A stretch of 64,000 nucleotides of DNA from an uncultured Actinomycetota bacterium (GCA_963756865.1 CAVWPQ010000020.1:185898-249897); one strand, 5' to 3'. Counted from the first letter of the stretch, positions 43,938-54,589 are shown. The notes: generated by a model not told the origin, from the sequence alone. Translations and numbers: made by a program.

Positions 43938-44261
43938 GTGACGTACACGATCGCCGAACCCTGCGTCGACTTAAAGGACAAGGCCTGTATCGAGGAATGT
44001 CCCGTTGACTGCATCTACGAGGGCGCACGCATGCTGTACATCCACCCCGACGAATGTGTGGACTGCGGCGCGTGTGAGCCCGTCTGCCCCGTCGAGGCCA
44101 TCTACTACGAAGACGACGTGCCCGACCAGTGGAGCTCCTACACCCAGATCAACGCCGATTTCTTCTCGGAGTTGGGTTCGCCCGGCGGCGCTTCCAAGGT
44201 CGGCATGACGGAGAACGACCCGCCCGCGGTCAAGGAGCTCGCGCCTCAAGGCGAGGAGTAA
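43938..44261 (+). CDS. fdxC: 7Fe ferredoxin
   Basis: CVDLKDKACIEECPVDC, CVDCGACEPVCP. Confidence 0.95.
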   Translation: MTYTIAEPCVDLKDKACIEECPVDCIYEGARMLYIHPDECVDCGACEPVCPVEAIYYEDDVPDQWSSYTQINADFFSELGSPGGASKVGMTENDPPAVKELAPQGEE

Positions 44262-44269
44262 CACCCGCC

Positions 44270-45373
44270 GTGGTTCGCCGCGGCATCTCTGCGGGGCTGC
44301 CGGTATTTCCGTGGGACACCCTCGCCGACGCGACCGCACAGGCCCGCACGCATCCCGACGGCATCGTCGACCTGTCCGTCGGCACACCCGTTGATCCGGT
44401 CGCACCGCTGATCCGTGAGGCTCTCGCAGCGGCGAGCGCAGCGCCGGGTTATCCGACCACGGCAGGCACGACAGCGCTTCGCGAGTCGGCGGTAGCGGCA
44501 CTCAACCGTCGTTACGGCGTGACCGCCCTCGACGAGAATGCCGTGCTGCCGGCGATCGGAACCAAGGAGCTCATCGCCTGGCTGCCGACGCTGCTCGGCC
44601 TTGGTCAAGCAGATGTCGTCGTGGTACCCGAATTGGCCTATCCGACTTACGAAGTCGGCGGGCGACTGGCGGGCGCGCAGGTGCTTCTCGCCGACTCGCT
44701 GACCCAGCTCGGTCCGCAGTCGCCCGCGTTGGTGTTCATCAACTCCCCGAGCAATCCGACCGGTGCCGTGCTCGGCGTCGACCACTTGCGCAAGGTCGTC
44801 GGGTGGGCGCGCGAACGTGGCGCGATCGTCGCATCCGACGAGTGCTACCTCGGCCTCGGCTGGGACGCTGACCCTGTATCGCTTCTGCATCCGTCGGTGT
44901 GCGACGGCGACCACACCGGGCTTCTGGCCATTCACTCCCTGTCCAAAACCTCATCGCTGGCCGGCTACCGGGCGGGGTTCGTCGCGGGCGACCGGTCGCT
45001 GGTCGCCGAACTGCTCGCCGTGCGCAAGCACGCCGGCATGATGATGCCGACGCCCGTACAGGGCGCGATGGTCGCCGCCCTCGACGACGATGAACACGAA
45101 CGCGAGCAGCGCGAACGCTACGAGCGACGCCGGTCAGCGCTTCTACCTGCGGTGCAGTCGGCAGGTTTCGCCGTCGACCACTCCGAGGCGGGGCTCTATA
45201 TCTGGGCGAGCAGGGGCGAGGCCTGTCGCGACACCGTCCGATGGCTCGCGCAACGCGGAATCCTCGTCGCCCCCGGTGAGTTCTACGGGCCGCGCGGGTC
45301 GCATCACGTTCGAATTGCGTTGACCGCGACCGACGAACGAATCGCTGCAGCCGTCGAGCGCCTCACCGCCTGA
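44270..45373 (+). CDS. dapC: Succinyldiaminopimelate transaminase
   Basis: DLSVGTPVDP, SPSNPTG, SDECY, HSLSK..LAGYRAG; follows fdxC. Confidence 0.92.
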   Translation: MVRRGISAGLPVFPWDTLADATAQARTHPDGIVDLSVGTPVDPVAPLIREALAAASAAPGYPTTAGTTALRESAVAALNRRYGVTALDENAVLPAIGTKELIAWLPTLLGLGQADVVVVPELAYPTYEVGGRLAGAQVLLADSLTQLGPQSPALVFINSPSNPTGAVLGVDHLRKVVGWARERGAIVASDECYLGLGWDADPVSLLHPSVCDGDHTGLLAIHSLSKTSSLAGYRAGFVAGDRSLVAELLAVRKHAGMMMPTPVQGAMVAALDDDEHEREQRERYERRRSALLPAVQSAGFAVDHSEAGLYIWASRGEACRDTVRWLAQRGILVAPGEFYGPRGSHHVRIALTATDERIAAAVERLTA

Positions 45374-45398
45374 CGCGAGGTATTGGCCCATCGATCCG

Positions 45399-45848
45399 GT
45401 GCCGGAATGGACCACCGGGTGGATGGTGTGCGGCGCTAGCGTTGGCGGCATGCTGCCGATCGGGCCGTCTGCGACGAACATCTTCGACGTGCTGCTGCAC
45501 GAAACTCCCCGCATCGCACCGAATTCCGCCGCAATGATCGCCACCGTCACTATTCCGCCATGCGATCCTGGCTCGGGGCCGCATCGGCACTCGGGTCCAG
45601 TGTTCGGCTACGTGTTGGAAGGCGAAATCCTCTTCGAACTAGAAGGGGAGTCGCCCTATCCGATCAGGGCGGGCCAGGCGTTCTGGGAGCCGGGATTCGA
45701 GGTTGTGCACTATCGCGCTGCGAACCTCCGCACCGATATCGCGAGCAAGTTCGTGGTGTTCATGCTGTGCGCTCCCGATGTGCCGATGATGACCTATCTC
45801 GACGAAGCGGAGATCGGCGAGCGCAGTCATCTCCGCCGGATCAGCTGA
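45399..45848 (+). CDS. Cupin domain protein (start uncertain)
   Basis: PHRHSGPVFGYVLEG...AGQAFWEPG..VH. Confidence 0.8.
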   Translation: MPEWTTGWMVCGASVGGMLPIGPSATNIFDVLLHETPRIAPNSAAMIATVTIPPCDPGSGPHRHSGPVFGYVLEGEILFELEGESPYPIRAGQAFWEPGFEVVHYRAANLRTDIASKFVVFMLCAPDVPMMTYLDEAEIGERSHLRRIS

Positions 45849-45851
45849 CCC

Positions 45852-46154
45852 TCAGGCCAGATGCCGCCACGTCGTGCCCGACACGGCGTTGTAAATTGAC
45901 ACGTTCGACACACCAAATTTCTCGGCGAGGTGCCGCAATGTCGCGCCGTCAGCATAAAGCCCGCGTAATTCCCTGACGTTGTCGGCGGTGAGCTTTGCGT
46001 TGCCATGCATTTCGCCCTCCGACCGTTCGCCACCGGTCATCGGCCTATCGGCCCGCATGCGGTAGTAATGCATAGAATAAAGCCCACGCGCTCGGTATTT
46101 GCGGTCGCACCCCTCGACCGTGCAGCGCGTGGGCAGCGCCCTTGGCCTGCCCAT
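45852..46154 (-). CDS. Small DNA-binding protein resembling an HNH endonuclease without the nuclease domain
   Basis: CTVEGC..ARGLY.MHY N-terminus joined to a GE.HGNAKLT...LAEKFGVS...I......W HTH. Confidence 0.65.
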   Translation of the reverse strand: MGRPRALPTRCTVEGCDRKYRARGLYSMHYYRMRADRPMTGGERSEGEMHGNAKLTADNVRELRGLYADGATLRHLAEKFGVSNVSIYNAVSGTTWRHLA

Positions 46155-46418
46155 ATGCGGACAATAACATCTGCCCGCCATTGAATGTCAATGGATGAGT
46201 TGCTCAAGTTTGGAATACCAGATTTTAGTTCATGATCAAATCTGTTCGTTTGCTAGCGAAAATTCTTACCTCGCTTGAGCCCTTACCCGATTGCGTGTAA
46301 GTCGCGCAACGCGCGGCCCCTAATTGACGCAAGGACTGCGTAAATCCGGCATTCGAAGCCGGAAAGAGAAGTGGCGTAGGTACTTCACCGAACGTCGAAC
46401 CTGCAATACCGTCGCGTC

Positions 46419-48191
46419 ATGAGCGATTACGACGTCGAGGACGTCGACAGGCTGCCGTTCACGACGCCGGAGAAGTCCGCGCGCTACCGCACCGAGGACT
46501 ATCGAGGGGCGGTCGGCCAGAACTGGTATTCGACCGACCCCACCCTGCAGTCCACGATGGCCTACTACCTACAGCCCGACCAACTCGAAGTGGCAGAGCC
46601 GCATCTGAGGCGCATCGGTGACCTGATGGCGGGCCCGGTGTCGCGGTGGGCGGAGGAGACCGACCGCAACCCCCCGCGACTCGAACGCTATGACCGATGG
46701 GGCCACGACATCAGCCGCGTCATCATGCCGCCCTCGTTCGTCGAGTCCCGCCGTGCGGTCCTCGACGCACAGCAGGCGCTGCGCAAGGACACCCGCAGCG
46801 CGGGGATGAGTTCGGCGCTGCCGCTGTTTGCATCGAACTATCTGCTCAACCAGGCCGACATCGGCATGGGGTGTGCGCTCGGCACCGGCGGCGGAATGGT
46901 GAAGTCGCTCGTGGCGGCGTACGCACCGCCGGACGTGCGCGACCACGTGCTCGCCAAGTTCGAGTCAGGAGAATGGGAGGGCGAGACCGCTCAGCTTCTG
47001 ACCGAGCGGACCGGCGGATCCGATCTCGGCGCGCTCGAGACGACGGCCACCCGTAATGGAGATGCCTGGCTGCTCAACGGTTTCAAGTGGTTTGCGTCGA
47101 ATTGCAACGGCGAGGCGTTCGTGGTGCTCGCAAAGCCGGAGGGTGCGCCCGATTCGAGCAGAGGGGTGGCGAATTTCCTGGTTCTTCGGACCCGTCGCGA
47201 CGGCTCGCGGAACGGAGTGCGGGTGCGCCGGCTGAAAGACAAGCTCGGCACCCGTTCCGTCGCCTCTGGTGAGATCGAGTTCGTCGACGCCGAGGCATTC
47301 CTGCTTTCCGGTGAAGCCAGCGAGGGCGCAGGCCCGTCCGACGGTAAAGGCCTCGGCCGCATGATGGAGCTGACGAACGCTGCGCGCCTTGGCATTGCGC
47401 TCTTCGCGCTCGGCAATGCCCGACGTGCTCTCGTCGAGTCACTGTGCTACGCCGGGCGGCGGCAGGCATTCGGCGACGCGCTGATCGACAAGCCGCTGAT
47501 GCGCCGCAAGCTGGCCGAGATGATGGTCGACGTCGAAGCCGCGCAGGCGCTGGTGTTCGACGGCACCGGCGCCGCCAACCACCGTCAGCCGCGTCCGGTG
47601 CGCCAGCGCATCGCCGTACCCGTCACCAAGATGAAGGTCTGTCGTCTCGGCATCACCATGGCATCGGATGCGATTGAAATCCACGGCGGCAACGGCTATA
47701 TCGAAACCTGGCCGGTCGCAAGGATTCTGCGCGACGCCCAGGTGAACACCATCTGGGAAGGCCCCGACAACATCCTCTGTCTCGATGTGCGGCGGGGAAT
47801 CGAGCGGGCGCAGGCGCACGAGTCGCTGTTGCAACGTCTGCACGATGCGGTGTCGGTGTCCGACGCCGACGACACCACTGCGCTGGTCGCCCGTCGCGTC
47901 GAGGACCTCGATGCTGCTATCACCGCGTGGAGCAAGCTCGACGGCGCGGTGGCCGAGGCCCGGTTGTTCCCTCTCGCGCAGTTCATGGGCGACGTCTACG
48001 CCGGTGCGCTGCTGACCGAGCAGGCGGCATGGGAGCGCGCCGAGAACGGAACGGAACGCAAAGCCGTGGTGGCCCGTCTCTACGCGCAGCGGTATCTCGC
48101 CGACCGCGGGCCGCTGCGCGGACTTGACTCCGAAAGCGAAGACGCCATCGAACGATTCGACGAGTTGGTGGCAGGCTCGTTCACGCCCTAG
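46419..48191 (+). CDS. Acyl-CoA dehydrogenase family protein (AidB-like)
   Basis: LTERTGGSD, GFKWFAS, LKDKLGTRSVASGE, HGGNGYIE, IWEG. Confidence 0.9.
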   Translation: MSDYDVEDVDRLPFTTPEKSARYRTEDYRGAVGQNWYSTDPTLQSTMAYYLQPDQLEVAEPHLRRIGDLMAGPVSRWAEETDRNPPRLERYDRWGHDISRVIMPPSFVESRRAVLDAQQALRKDTRSAGMSSALPLFASNYLLNQADIGMGCALGTGGGMVKSLVAAYAPPDVRDHVLAKFESGEWEGETAQLLTERTGGSDLGALETTATRNGDAWLLNGFKWFASNCNGEAFVVLAKPEGAPDSSRGVANFLVLRTRRDGSRNGVRVRRLKDKLGTRSVASGEIEFVDAEAFLLSGEASEGAGPSDGKGLGRMMELTNAARLGIALFALGNARRALVESLCYAGRRQAFGDALIDKPLMRRKLAEMMVDVEAAQALVFDGTGAANHRQPRPVRQRIAVPVTKMKVCRLGITMASDAIEIHGGNGYIETWPVARILRDAQVNTIWEGPDNILCLDVRRGIERAQAHESLLQRLHDAVSVSDADDTTALVARRVEDLDAAITAWSKLDGAVAEARLFPLAQFMGDVYAGALLTEQAAWERAENGTERKAVVARLYAQRYLADRGPLRGLDSESEDAIERFDELVAGSFTP

Positions 48192-49807
48192 CGTTGCTCG
48201 GTCGCCCGCAGTCCAAGTGCCAGCACGAGTCGATCGTCCGGATCGTCCAACGACGTGGTCAACAGCGACTCGATGCGACGGATGCGGTACCGCACCGTGT
48301 TCGGATGCACGTGCAACCGCTTCGCGACCGCGGCGATGTCGCCGAAGCCGTCCAGGTAGGCAGCCAACGTGTCGGCCAGCATCGGATCCTGCTCGCGCAG
48401 TTCGCGGACACGTGGGTCGACGAGGCGGTGCTGACCCGCGACATGGGCGACGATCTCGTCGAGCAGCACCGTGGTGTGCGCCTCGTCCAACGACGTGACC
48501 TGACCGATGGCAGCGGGATGCCGTTCGGCGCTGTCGAATACGCGATCCACTTCGGCGCGGGCGGTGGCCGCACCTGCCAGTCCGGCCAGCGGCGCGGCGA
48601 TCACCGCCCGCATCGTCAGGCCCAACTCCCGGTGCAGCGCACCGACGATACCCCTGACCCACGATGTCAGCGACGATGTCGCCCCGATCTTCGGTAACAG
48701 CACGTAGACCCGCTCACCCGCCGACGCCACCTGCGCGTCAGCTCGAAAAGCGCTCGCGCTCAGGGCGATAACGTTGGCAGGCACCGCGGTTCCTCCGCCG
48801 CGAAACCCGACGAGCGCAGTGCGGCCGTCGACCGCGATCCCCAGCTCCCTGGCGATGGCGCCGGCGTCGACGGAGTCCTCGCCGAGACCGAGCAGGTTCT
48901 GGACGAGGACCGTGTGTGTCGACGGCACAGCCGACAGCCGCGACATGATGCGCGCCGCGAGCACCGCCCCACCGCGCAACACTTCCTCGGCGTCGTCGGC
49001 CAGTGGCGCCGAACCCTGCTGCAGCCAGATCGTGCCCGCGAAGCCGGGCGGGCGCCGCGGATCCGTCGCGGGAAGGTGGATGGCCACCGCGAGTCGCGGT
49101 CGCAGGCCAAGCTCCGGGCGTTCGGCGACGCGGACGACCTCGCCGCTGGCTTGCAGCGCATCGAAGATGCCCCACTGGCCGATCCATTCCAGGTGCTCGG
49201 CCGGACCGGCGCGGCCGAGGATCGTCAGCCTGCGCAGTTCGTCGGCCTCCTCGTTGGAAGCCGAGTAGGCCAGCACATGTGACTGGTCGTCCTCGATGCT
49301 GATCATCGCGTGGGTGCGGTCGGCGATCGACTGTGCCAGCCCGAACAGGTCGGTGCCGGAGTCGCTGCCAGGGTCGCCTCGGTCGCCGTGGTGCTCGAAG
49401 GCGTGGTTGACCAGTTTGTAGAGCGACTCCCAGCGGGCCCGGGGCTCGACGGCGACGACCGCGGTGCCGAGTGCAACGGCCTGGTTCACCGCCGTGGCCG
49501 ACGGCTCCTTCACGAATATCGCGGCAGGCGCACGGAGCCGGGCCGCCTGCGGCGTCGAATCGGCATCCGCTCGATGAACCTGCTCGGTGATCCAGCCGAC
49601 CGCCTCGGCATCGGAGACGCCGAGCAGGAAGAACAGGTCAGCCGAACCCGCGCCGAGGGCCAGCCCGAGCCGGATGTCGTCGATGTCGACGAGCGCGACC
49701 GATCCGACGGCCATGTCCAGCCCGCGGGGCGCCTCGACCAACGTGACCATCGTGCGGTCCAGCGCAAGCAGCAGTTGACCCAGGGAAAGCCCTTCCCGCT
49801 CCGCCAC
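48188..49807 (-). CDS. pruC: PucR-family proline regulator
   Basis: C-terminal LHVHPNTVRYR HTH; divergent from pruAB. Confidence 0.88.
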   Translation of the reverse strand: MAEREGLSLGQLLLALDRTMVTLVEAPRGLDMAVGSVALVDIDDIRLGLALGAGSADLFFLLGVSDAEAVGWITEQVHRADADSTPQAARLRAPAAIFVKEPSATAVNQAVALGTAVVAVEPRARWESLYKLVNHAFEHHGDRGDPGSDSGTDLFGLAQSIADRTHAMISIEDDQSHVLAYSASNEEADELRRLTILGRAGPAEHLEWIGQWGIFDALQASGEVVRVAERPELGLRPRLAVAIHLPATDPRRPPGFAGTIWLQQGSAPLADDAEEVLRGGAVLAARIMSRLSAVPSTHTVLVQNLLGLGEDSVDAGAIARELGIAVDGRTALVGFRGGGTAVPANVIALSASAFRADAQVASAGERVYVLLPKIGATSSLTSWVRGIVGALHRELGLTMRAVIAAPLAGLAGAATARAEVDRVFDSAERHPAAIGQVTSLDEAHTTVLLDEIVAHVAGQHRLVDPRVRELREQDPMLADTLAAYLDGFGDIAAVAKRLHVHPNTVRYRIRRIESLLTTSLDDPDDRLVLALGLRATEQR

Positions 49808-49818
49808 TGACCACTCCT

Positions 49819-49860
49819 TTGTCCGATTCGACTATAAATCCTCAGATCGTTGTCCGATTC
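49819..49860. promoter_or_regulatory. Direct repeat TTGTCCGATTC x2, candidate PruC sites
   Basis: Exact 11-mers at 49819 and 49850. Confidence 0.55.
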
Positions 49861-49900
49861 ACCATCGGTTAAGAATGCTCGAAAAGGGGATCCTTACTGC

Positions 49901-51529
49901 ATGGATGCCGTCACCCAGGTTCCCGCGCCGATCAACGAGCCAGTACACGAATACGCACCGAGCAGTCCCGAACGCACGCGGCTCGTCACCGCGCTCGCCG
50001 ACCTGGCCGACGACCCCATCGACCTGCCGCACGTCATCGGCGGCACGCACCGGATGGGCGGCGGTGAACGCATCGACGTCGTGCAGCCACATCGCCACGC
50101 CGCCAAATTGGGCACCCTCACCAACGCTGAGCACGCCGACGCCACCGCTGCCATCGACGCCGCAATGGCCGCCAAGGACGAGTGGGCGAACACCCCGTTC
50201 GACGAGCGCGCCGCGGTGTTCCTGCGTGCGGCCGACCTGCTTGCGGGCCCGTGGCGCGAGAAGCTCTGCGCGGCAACCATGCTCGGCCAGTCCAAGTCCG
50301 CCTATCAGGCCGAGATCGATGCGGCCTGCGAGCTCATCGACTTCTGGCGGTTCAACGTCGGCTTCGCGCGCGAGATCATGGCGCAGCAGCCGACCAGCTC
50401 GCGCGGGGTGTGGAACCGCACGGACTACCGCCCACTCGAAGGCTTCGTCTACGCCATCACCCCGTTCAACTTCACCGCGATCGCAGGCAACCTGCCGAGC
50501 GCGGCTGCGCTGATGGGCAACACCGTGGTGTGGAAGCCGTCGCCGACGCAGACCTTCGCCGCCTACCTGACCATGCAGCTGATGGAGGCCGCAGGCCTGC
50601 CGCCGGGGGTGATCAACCTGCTCGCGGGCGACGGAATCGCGGTTTCCGACGTGGCGCTGGCAGATCCGCGGCTAGCAGGTATCCACTTCACCGGCTCGAC
50701 CGGCACGTTCCAGCACCTGTGGCGCGAGGTCGGCACGAACATCGACAGATACAACACGTATCCACGGCTCGTCGGCGAGACGGGCGGCAAGGACTTCGTG
50801 CTGGCCCACCCGTCGGCGCGACCAGACGTTTTACGTACCGCGCTGATCCGCGGCGCCTTCGATTTCCAGGGGCAGAAGTGCTCGGCCGCCTCACGGGCGT
50901 TCATCCCGCGGTCGGTGTGGCAGGTCATGGGTGACGACTTCCTCGGCGCCACCGAAGCGTTGCGCTACGGCGACGTCACCGACCTGACCAACTACGGCGG
51001 CGCGCTCATCGATGACCGGTCGTTCGCCAAGAACGTCAAGGCGATCGAACGCGCCAAGGGCGCGGCCGGCGTCACGGTCGCTGCCGGCGGCGAATACGAC
51101 GACAGCGAAGGCTATTTCGTCCGGCCCACCGTGCTGGTGTCCGATGACCCAGGCGACGAGTCGTTCTCCACCGAGTACTTCGGACCGATCCTTTCGGTGT
51201 ACGTCTATCCCGACTCCGATTTCGAGCAGATGCTCGACGTGGTCGACCACGGCGCGAAGTACGCGTTGACCGGCGCCGTCATCGCCGACGACCGTCAGGC
51301 GGTGCTTCAAGCCGAGAACCGACTTCGGTTCGCGGCAGGCAACTTCTACGTCAACGACAAGCCGACCGGCGCCGTCGTCGGGCAGCAGCCGTTCGGTGGC
51401 TCCCGTGCATCGGGCACCAACGACAAGGCGGGTTCGGCACTGAACCTGCTGCGGTGGACGTCGGCGCGATCGATCAAGGAGACCTTCGTCCCGGCAACCG
51501 ATCACACCTACCCGCACATGGAGTCCTGA
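49901..51529 (+). CDS. pruA: P5C dehydrogenase
   Basis: ITPFNF, FTGS, GETGGKDF, QGQKCSA, EYFGP, QQPFGGSR. Confidence 0.96.
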   Translation: MDAVTQVPAPINEPVHEYAPSSPERTRLVTALADLADDPIDLPHVIGGTHRMGGGERIDVVQPHRHAAKLGTLTNAEHADATAAIDAAMAAKDEWANTPFDERAAVFLRAADLLAGPWREKLCAATMLGQSKSAYQAEIDAACELIDFWRFNVGFAREIMAQQPTSSRGVWNRTDYRPLEGFVYAITPFNFTAIAGNLPSAAALMGNTVVWKPSPTQTFAAYLTMQLMEAAGLPPGVINLLAGDGIAVSDVALADPRLAGIHFTGSTGTFQHLWREVGTNIDRYNTYPRLVGETGGKDFVLAHPSARPDVLRTALIRGAFDFQGQKCSAASRAFIPRSVWQVMGDDFLGATEALRYGDVTDLTNYGGALIDDRSFAKNVKAIERAKGAAGVTVAAGGEYDDSEGYFVRPTVLVSDDPGDESFSTEYFGPILSVYVYPDSDFEQMLDVVDHGAKYALTGAVIADDRQAVLQAENRLRFAAGNFYVNDKPTGAVVGQQPFGGSRASGTNDKAGSALNLLRWTSARSIKETFVPATDHTYPHMES

Positions 51530-51531
51530 CG

Positions 51532-52497
51532 ATGGGTGTCTTCGAACGGGTGGCGCGCCCCGCGATTATGGCGGCCAGCAGGTCTGACCGACTGCGGCAT
51601 ACCGCCGAGCGGCTTTCGGTCACCCGAAATGTGGTGCACCGCTTCGTGCCCGGTGAGACGGTCGACGACGCGCTCAGTTCTGTTGCACAACTACGCGACA
51701 GCAAGCGCATGGTCAGCATCGACTATCTCGGCGAGGACACCACCGTGGTCGAGGACGCCGAGCAGACGGTGCAGGCCTACGTGGCGCTGCTCGATGCGCT
51801 CGGCACGCGCGACGAGAACACCGCCGCCACGGTGCGGCCACTCGAGGTGTCGCTGAAGCTGTCCGCGCTCGGCCAGGCGTTACCGCGCGACGGTGAGAAG
51901 ATCGCCCGCGACAACGCGCACACCATCTGCGAGACGGCGCAGCGTGCCGGTATCTGGGTGACCGTCGACGCCGAGGATCACACGACGACCGACTCGACGT
52001 TGTCCATCGTCCGCGACCTGCGCGCCGATTTCCCTTGGCTCGGTACGGTTCTGCAGGCGTACCTCAAGCGGACGGAGGGTGACTGCGAGGAGTTCGCCGC
52101 CTCTGGCGCCAGGATCCGGTTGTGCAAGGGCGCCTACGACGAACCGGCGTCGGTGGCCTTCCGTGATCGCGACGACGTCGACGACTCGTACATGCGGTGC
52201 CTGCGAGTGTTGATGGCGGGATCGGGCTACCCCATGGTGGCGTCGCACGATCCGGCGATCATCGAGGCCGTGCCCGCGCTGGTCCGCGAGAACAACCGCG
52301 GCGTCGACAGTTTCGAGTACCAGATGTTGTTCGGCATCCGTGACCCCGAACAACGTCGGTTGGCCGACGGGGGCGATCACGTCCGCGTCTACGTCCCGTT
52401 CGGCACACAGTGGTACGGCTATTTCGTCCGTCGACTGGCCGAACGGCCCGCGAACCTGACCTTCTTCCTGCGTGCACTTGCCGAGCGGCGGCACTGA
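51532..52497 (+). CDS. pruB: Proline dehydrogenase
   Basis: DYLGE, VDAED, RLCKGAY, ASHD, YVPFG..WYGY..RRLAERPAN. Confidence 0.95.
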   Translation: MGVFERVARPAIMAASRSDRLRHTAERLSVTRNVVHRFVPGETVDDALSSVAQLRDSKRMVSIDYLGEDTTVVEDAEQTVQAYVALLDALGTRDENTAATVRPLEVSLKLSALGQALPRDGEKIARDNAHTICETAQRAGIWVTVDAEDHTTTDSTLSIVRDLRADFPWLGTVLQAYLKRTEGDCEEFAASGARIRLCKGAYDEPASVAFRDRDDVDDSYMRCLRVLMAGSGYPMVASHDPAIIEAVPALVRENNRGVDSFEYQMLFGIRDPEQRRLADGGDHVRVYVPFGTQWYGYFVRRLAERPANLTFFLRALAERRH

Positions 52498-52498
52498 G

Positions 52499-53017
52499 TT
52501 ACTGAGCCGGGAACGCGGCGACATCCATGACCACCGAGCCCGCGCACGGGCCGCCGTAGATGTCGGTGCGCCAACTGCCGCGCAGGGTTCCATCGGGTTG
52601 CGGTGTGTAGTACGCGACTGACCGTGCCGGCTCCCACACCTTCGGAACGCCTTCGCCCATATAGCAATCCCACTGCCACTCGTAGATGTGCACCCACGTG
52701 GAACCATTCCACGTGTACCGCGGTGGCAGCGGCAGAGTCGGGTTGGCGGGCTTGGGCCCGTCGACCACCGTGGCGACACAGGTGCCGCTGGAGCAGTCGG
52801 TGACAAAGTTGTAGACGTCGCTGAAATCCGGCTCGGACTGGCGCGCGGCCAGGCTGGTGCCCGTCTTCTCGCCCGCGTACCGCAGCAGCGAGTACTTCCC
52901 GTTCCAGACCTGGCCCGCGGCGCCTGCCACCGGCGTCGCGCACACACCTGCGAAGACAAGACCGACGGCGAGTAACGCCAAACCCACTCGACGAAGCGCG
53001 GCCCTCACGAGGGGCAC
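52499..53017 (-). CDS. Secreted beta-rich protein (Rv2253-like)
   Basis: Signal peptide; KTGTS.AA.Q.E, TDC...CVAT, PQPDGTL.G.W....GPC.G. Confidence 0.7.
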   Translation of the reverse strand: MPLVRAALRRVGLALLAVGLVFAGVCATPVAGAAGQVWNGKYSLLRYAGEKTGTSLAARQSEPDFSDVYNFVTDCSSGTCVATVVDGPKPANPTLPLPPRYTWNGSTWVHIYEWQWDCYMGEGVPKVWEPARSVAYYTPQPDGTLRGSWRTDIYGGPCAGSVVMDVAAFPAQ

Positions 53018-53047
53018 CGTAGCCGCCGCAGCGGGCGAACCCGCGGA

Positions 53048-53452
53048 TTACGGCGCCGTGTCCACCATCGGGAACGAATGATGTTCGTGCGCAATGACCC
53101 AGCGGCTGTCGACCTTGCGCAGCCCGACGGTGACGCGCAGCCGGTTGTCCGGGTTCTCGTCGAACTGGTCCTGTGTGCCGCAGCGTAGAAGCGCATAGCC
53201 GAACGCCACGTCGGCGCCCGCCACCACGTCGAACTCCAGAAGCGTGAACTCCGCGCCTTGGGCGATGAACTCGAAGAACGGCGGCCACGTCCCGCGGTAG
53301 TCGTCGATGCCGCGGACGCCGTCATAGGGCGGCGGCACGTCGAACATCACAATGTTTGGATCGTGATTGGCCACGACGCCGTCAAGGTTTTGCTTCTGTA
53401 TCGCCTCGACCCAGCCGGTGAACACGTCGCGGATGGCTTGTTCGTCACTCAT
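53048..53452 (-). CDS. NTF2/SnoaL-like (YybH) protein
   Basis: VMFDVPPP, RVTVGLRK...W.IAHEHHSFP. Confidence 0.85.
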   Translation of the reverse strand: MSDEQAIRDVFTGWVEAIQKQNLDGVVANHDPNIVMFDVPPPYDGVRGIDDYRGTWPPFFEFIAQGAEFTLLEFDVVAGADVAFGYALLRCGTQDQFDENPDNRLRVTVGLRKVDSRWVIAHEHHSFPMVDTAP

Positions 53453-53465
53453 TGGCCTCTCCCAC

Positions 53466-53684
53466 TTAGTATCTGGTGGCACCGCCGGTTTCGTCGGTGC
53501 CGAAGGCGTACACGGTCTGCGGTGCGACCCTGACGGCGTGTCCCTCGACCACGAGGTCGAATTGTTTCGTGGCGATGCTGAGGACGCACTGAGAGTCGGC
53601 GGCGATGTTGCGTGACTTGCGCACCCGCTTCCATTCGATGACCGGCAGGTCGTATCCGCAGAGATTACGTTGGGTAATGGACAT
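53466..53684 (-). pseudogene. Internally deleted pyridoxamine-5'-phosphate-oxidase-like gene
   Basis: NLCGYDLPVIEW, RKSRNIA.D..C, DLVVEG.A, P.TVYAFG...GGATR segments in only 72 codons. Confidence 0.6.
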
Positions 53685-53745
53685 GTACACATAGACCGCC
53701 ATCGGCAACGTGATTCATCGCGGCGATGTCAAACAGGAGGCAGAT

Positions 53746-54589
53746 ATGGCAGCCGGCCAAGCACGGGTGTGGCTCATCACGGGCGCCAGTTCGGGGTTCG
53801 GACGCGCGATCGCCGAAGCGGCACTCGCGGCCGGCGACACCGTCGATAGCGGCGGCGCGCAGGCCCGACGCGGTGGCCGACCTCGTGGCGTCGGCACCCG
53901 ACCGCGTCACCGCGCTGCAGCTCGACGTCACCGATGCCGACCGCATCACGGCCGCCGTCGGCGAAGTGCTTGACCGACACGGTCGCGTCGACGTGCTTGT
54001 GAACAATGCAGGACGCGGCGCGATCGGTGCAGCGGAGGAGACGACCGACGCCGAGCTTCGCGACTTGATGAACCTGCATTTCTTCGGACCGGCCGCGCTG
54101 ACCCGTGCCGTGTTGCCGCATATGCGTGAGCAGGGATCCGGCGTTATCGTCCAGATGAGCAGCATGGGTGGTCGCTTCTCCTTTCCCGGTGTCGGCGCCT
54201 ATTCGGCGACGAAGTTCGCCCTCGAAGGGTGGTCGGAGGCGCTGTCCAAGGAGGTTGACCGGTTCGGCATCCGGGTGCTGATCGTCGAGCCCGGGGCGTT
54301 CCGCACATCGTTCAACGGGGTCGGGGCGCTGATGATCTCCGAGCCGATTTCGGCCTACGACGAGCAGATAAAACCACTACGCACGGACATGCCCGAAGAT
54401 GATGGCAAGCAGCCCGGCGATCCCGCGAAGGCCGCCGCCGCGATTTTGGAGGCCATCGACTCACCCGAACCGCCGTTGCGGCTGGCGCTCGGCAATGACG
54501 CCGTGGACGGAATATCCGGGGTACTGGATCAGGCGAAGATTGAACTGGCCGCGTGGGAGCGTGTCGGGCGTGCAACCGTTTTCGACTAA
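53746..54589 (+). CDS. SDR oxidoreductase, frameshift near 53845
   Basis: WLITGASSGFG in one frame; NNAG, YSATK, VEPGAFRT in the next. Confidence 0.85.
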
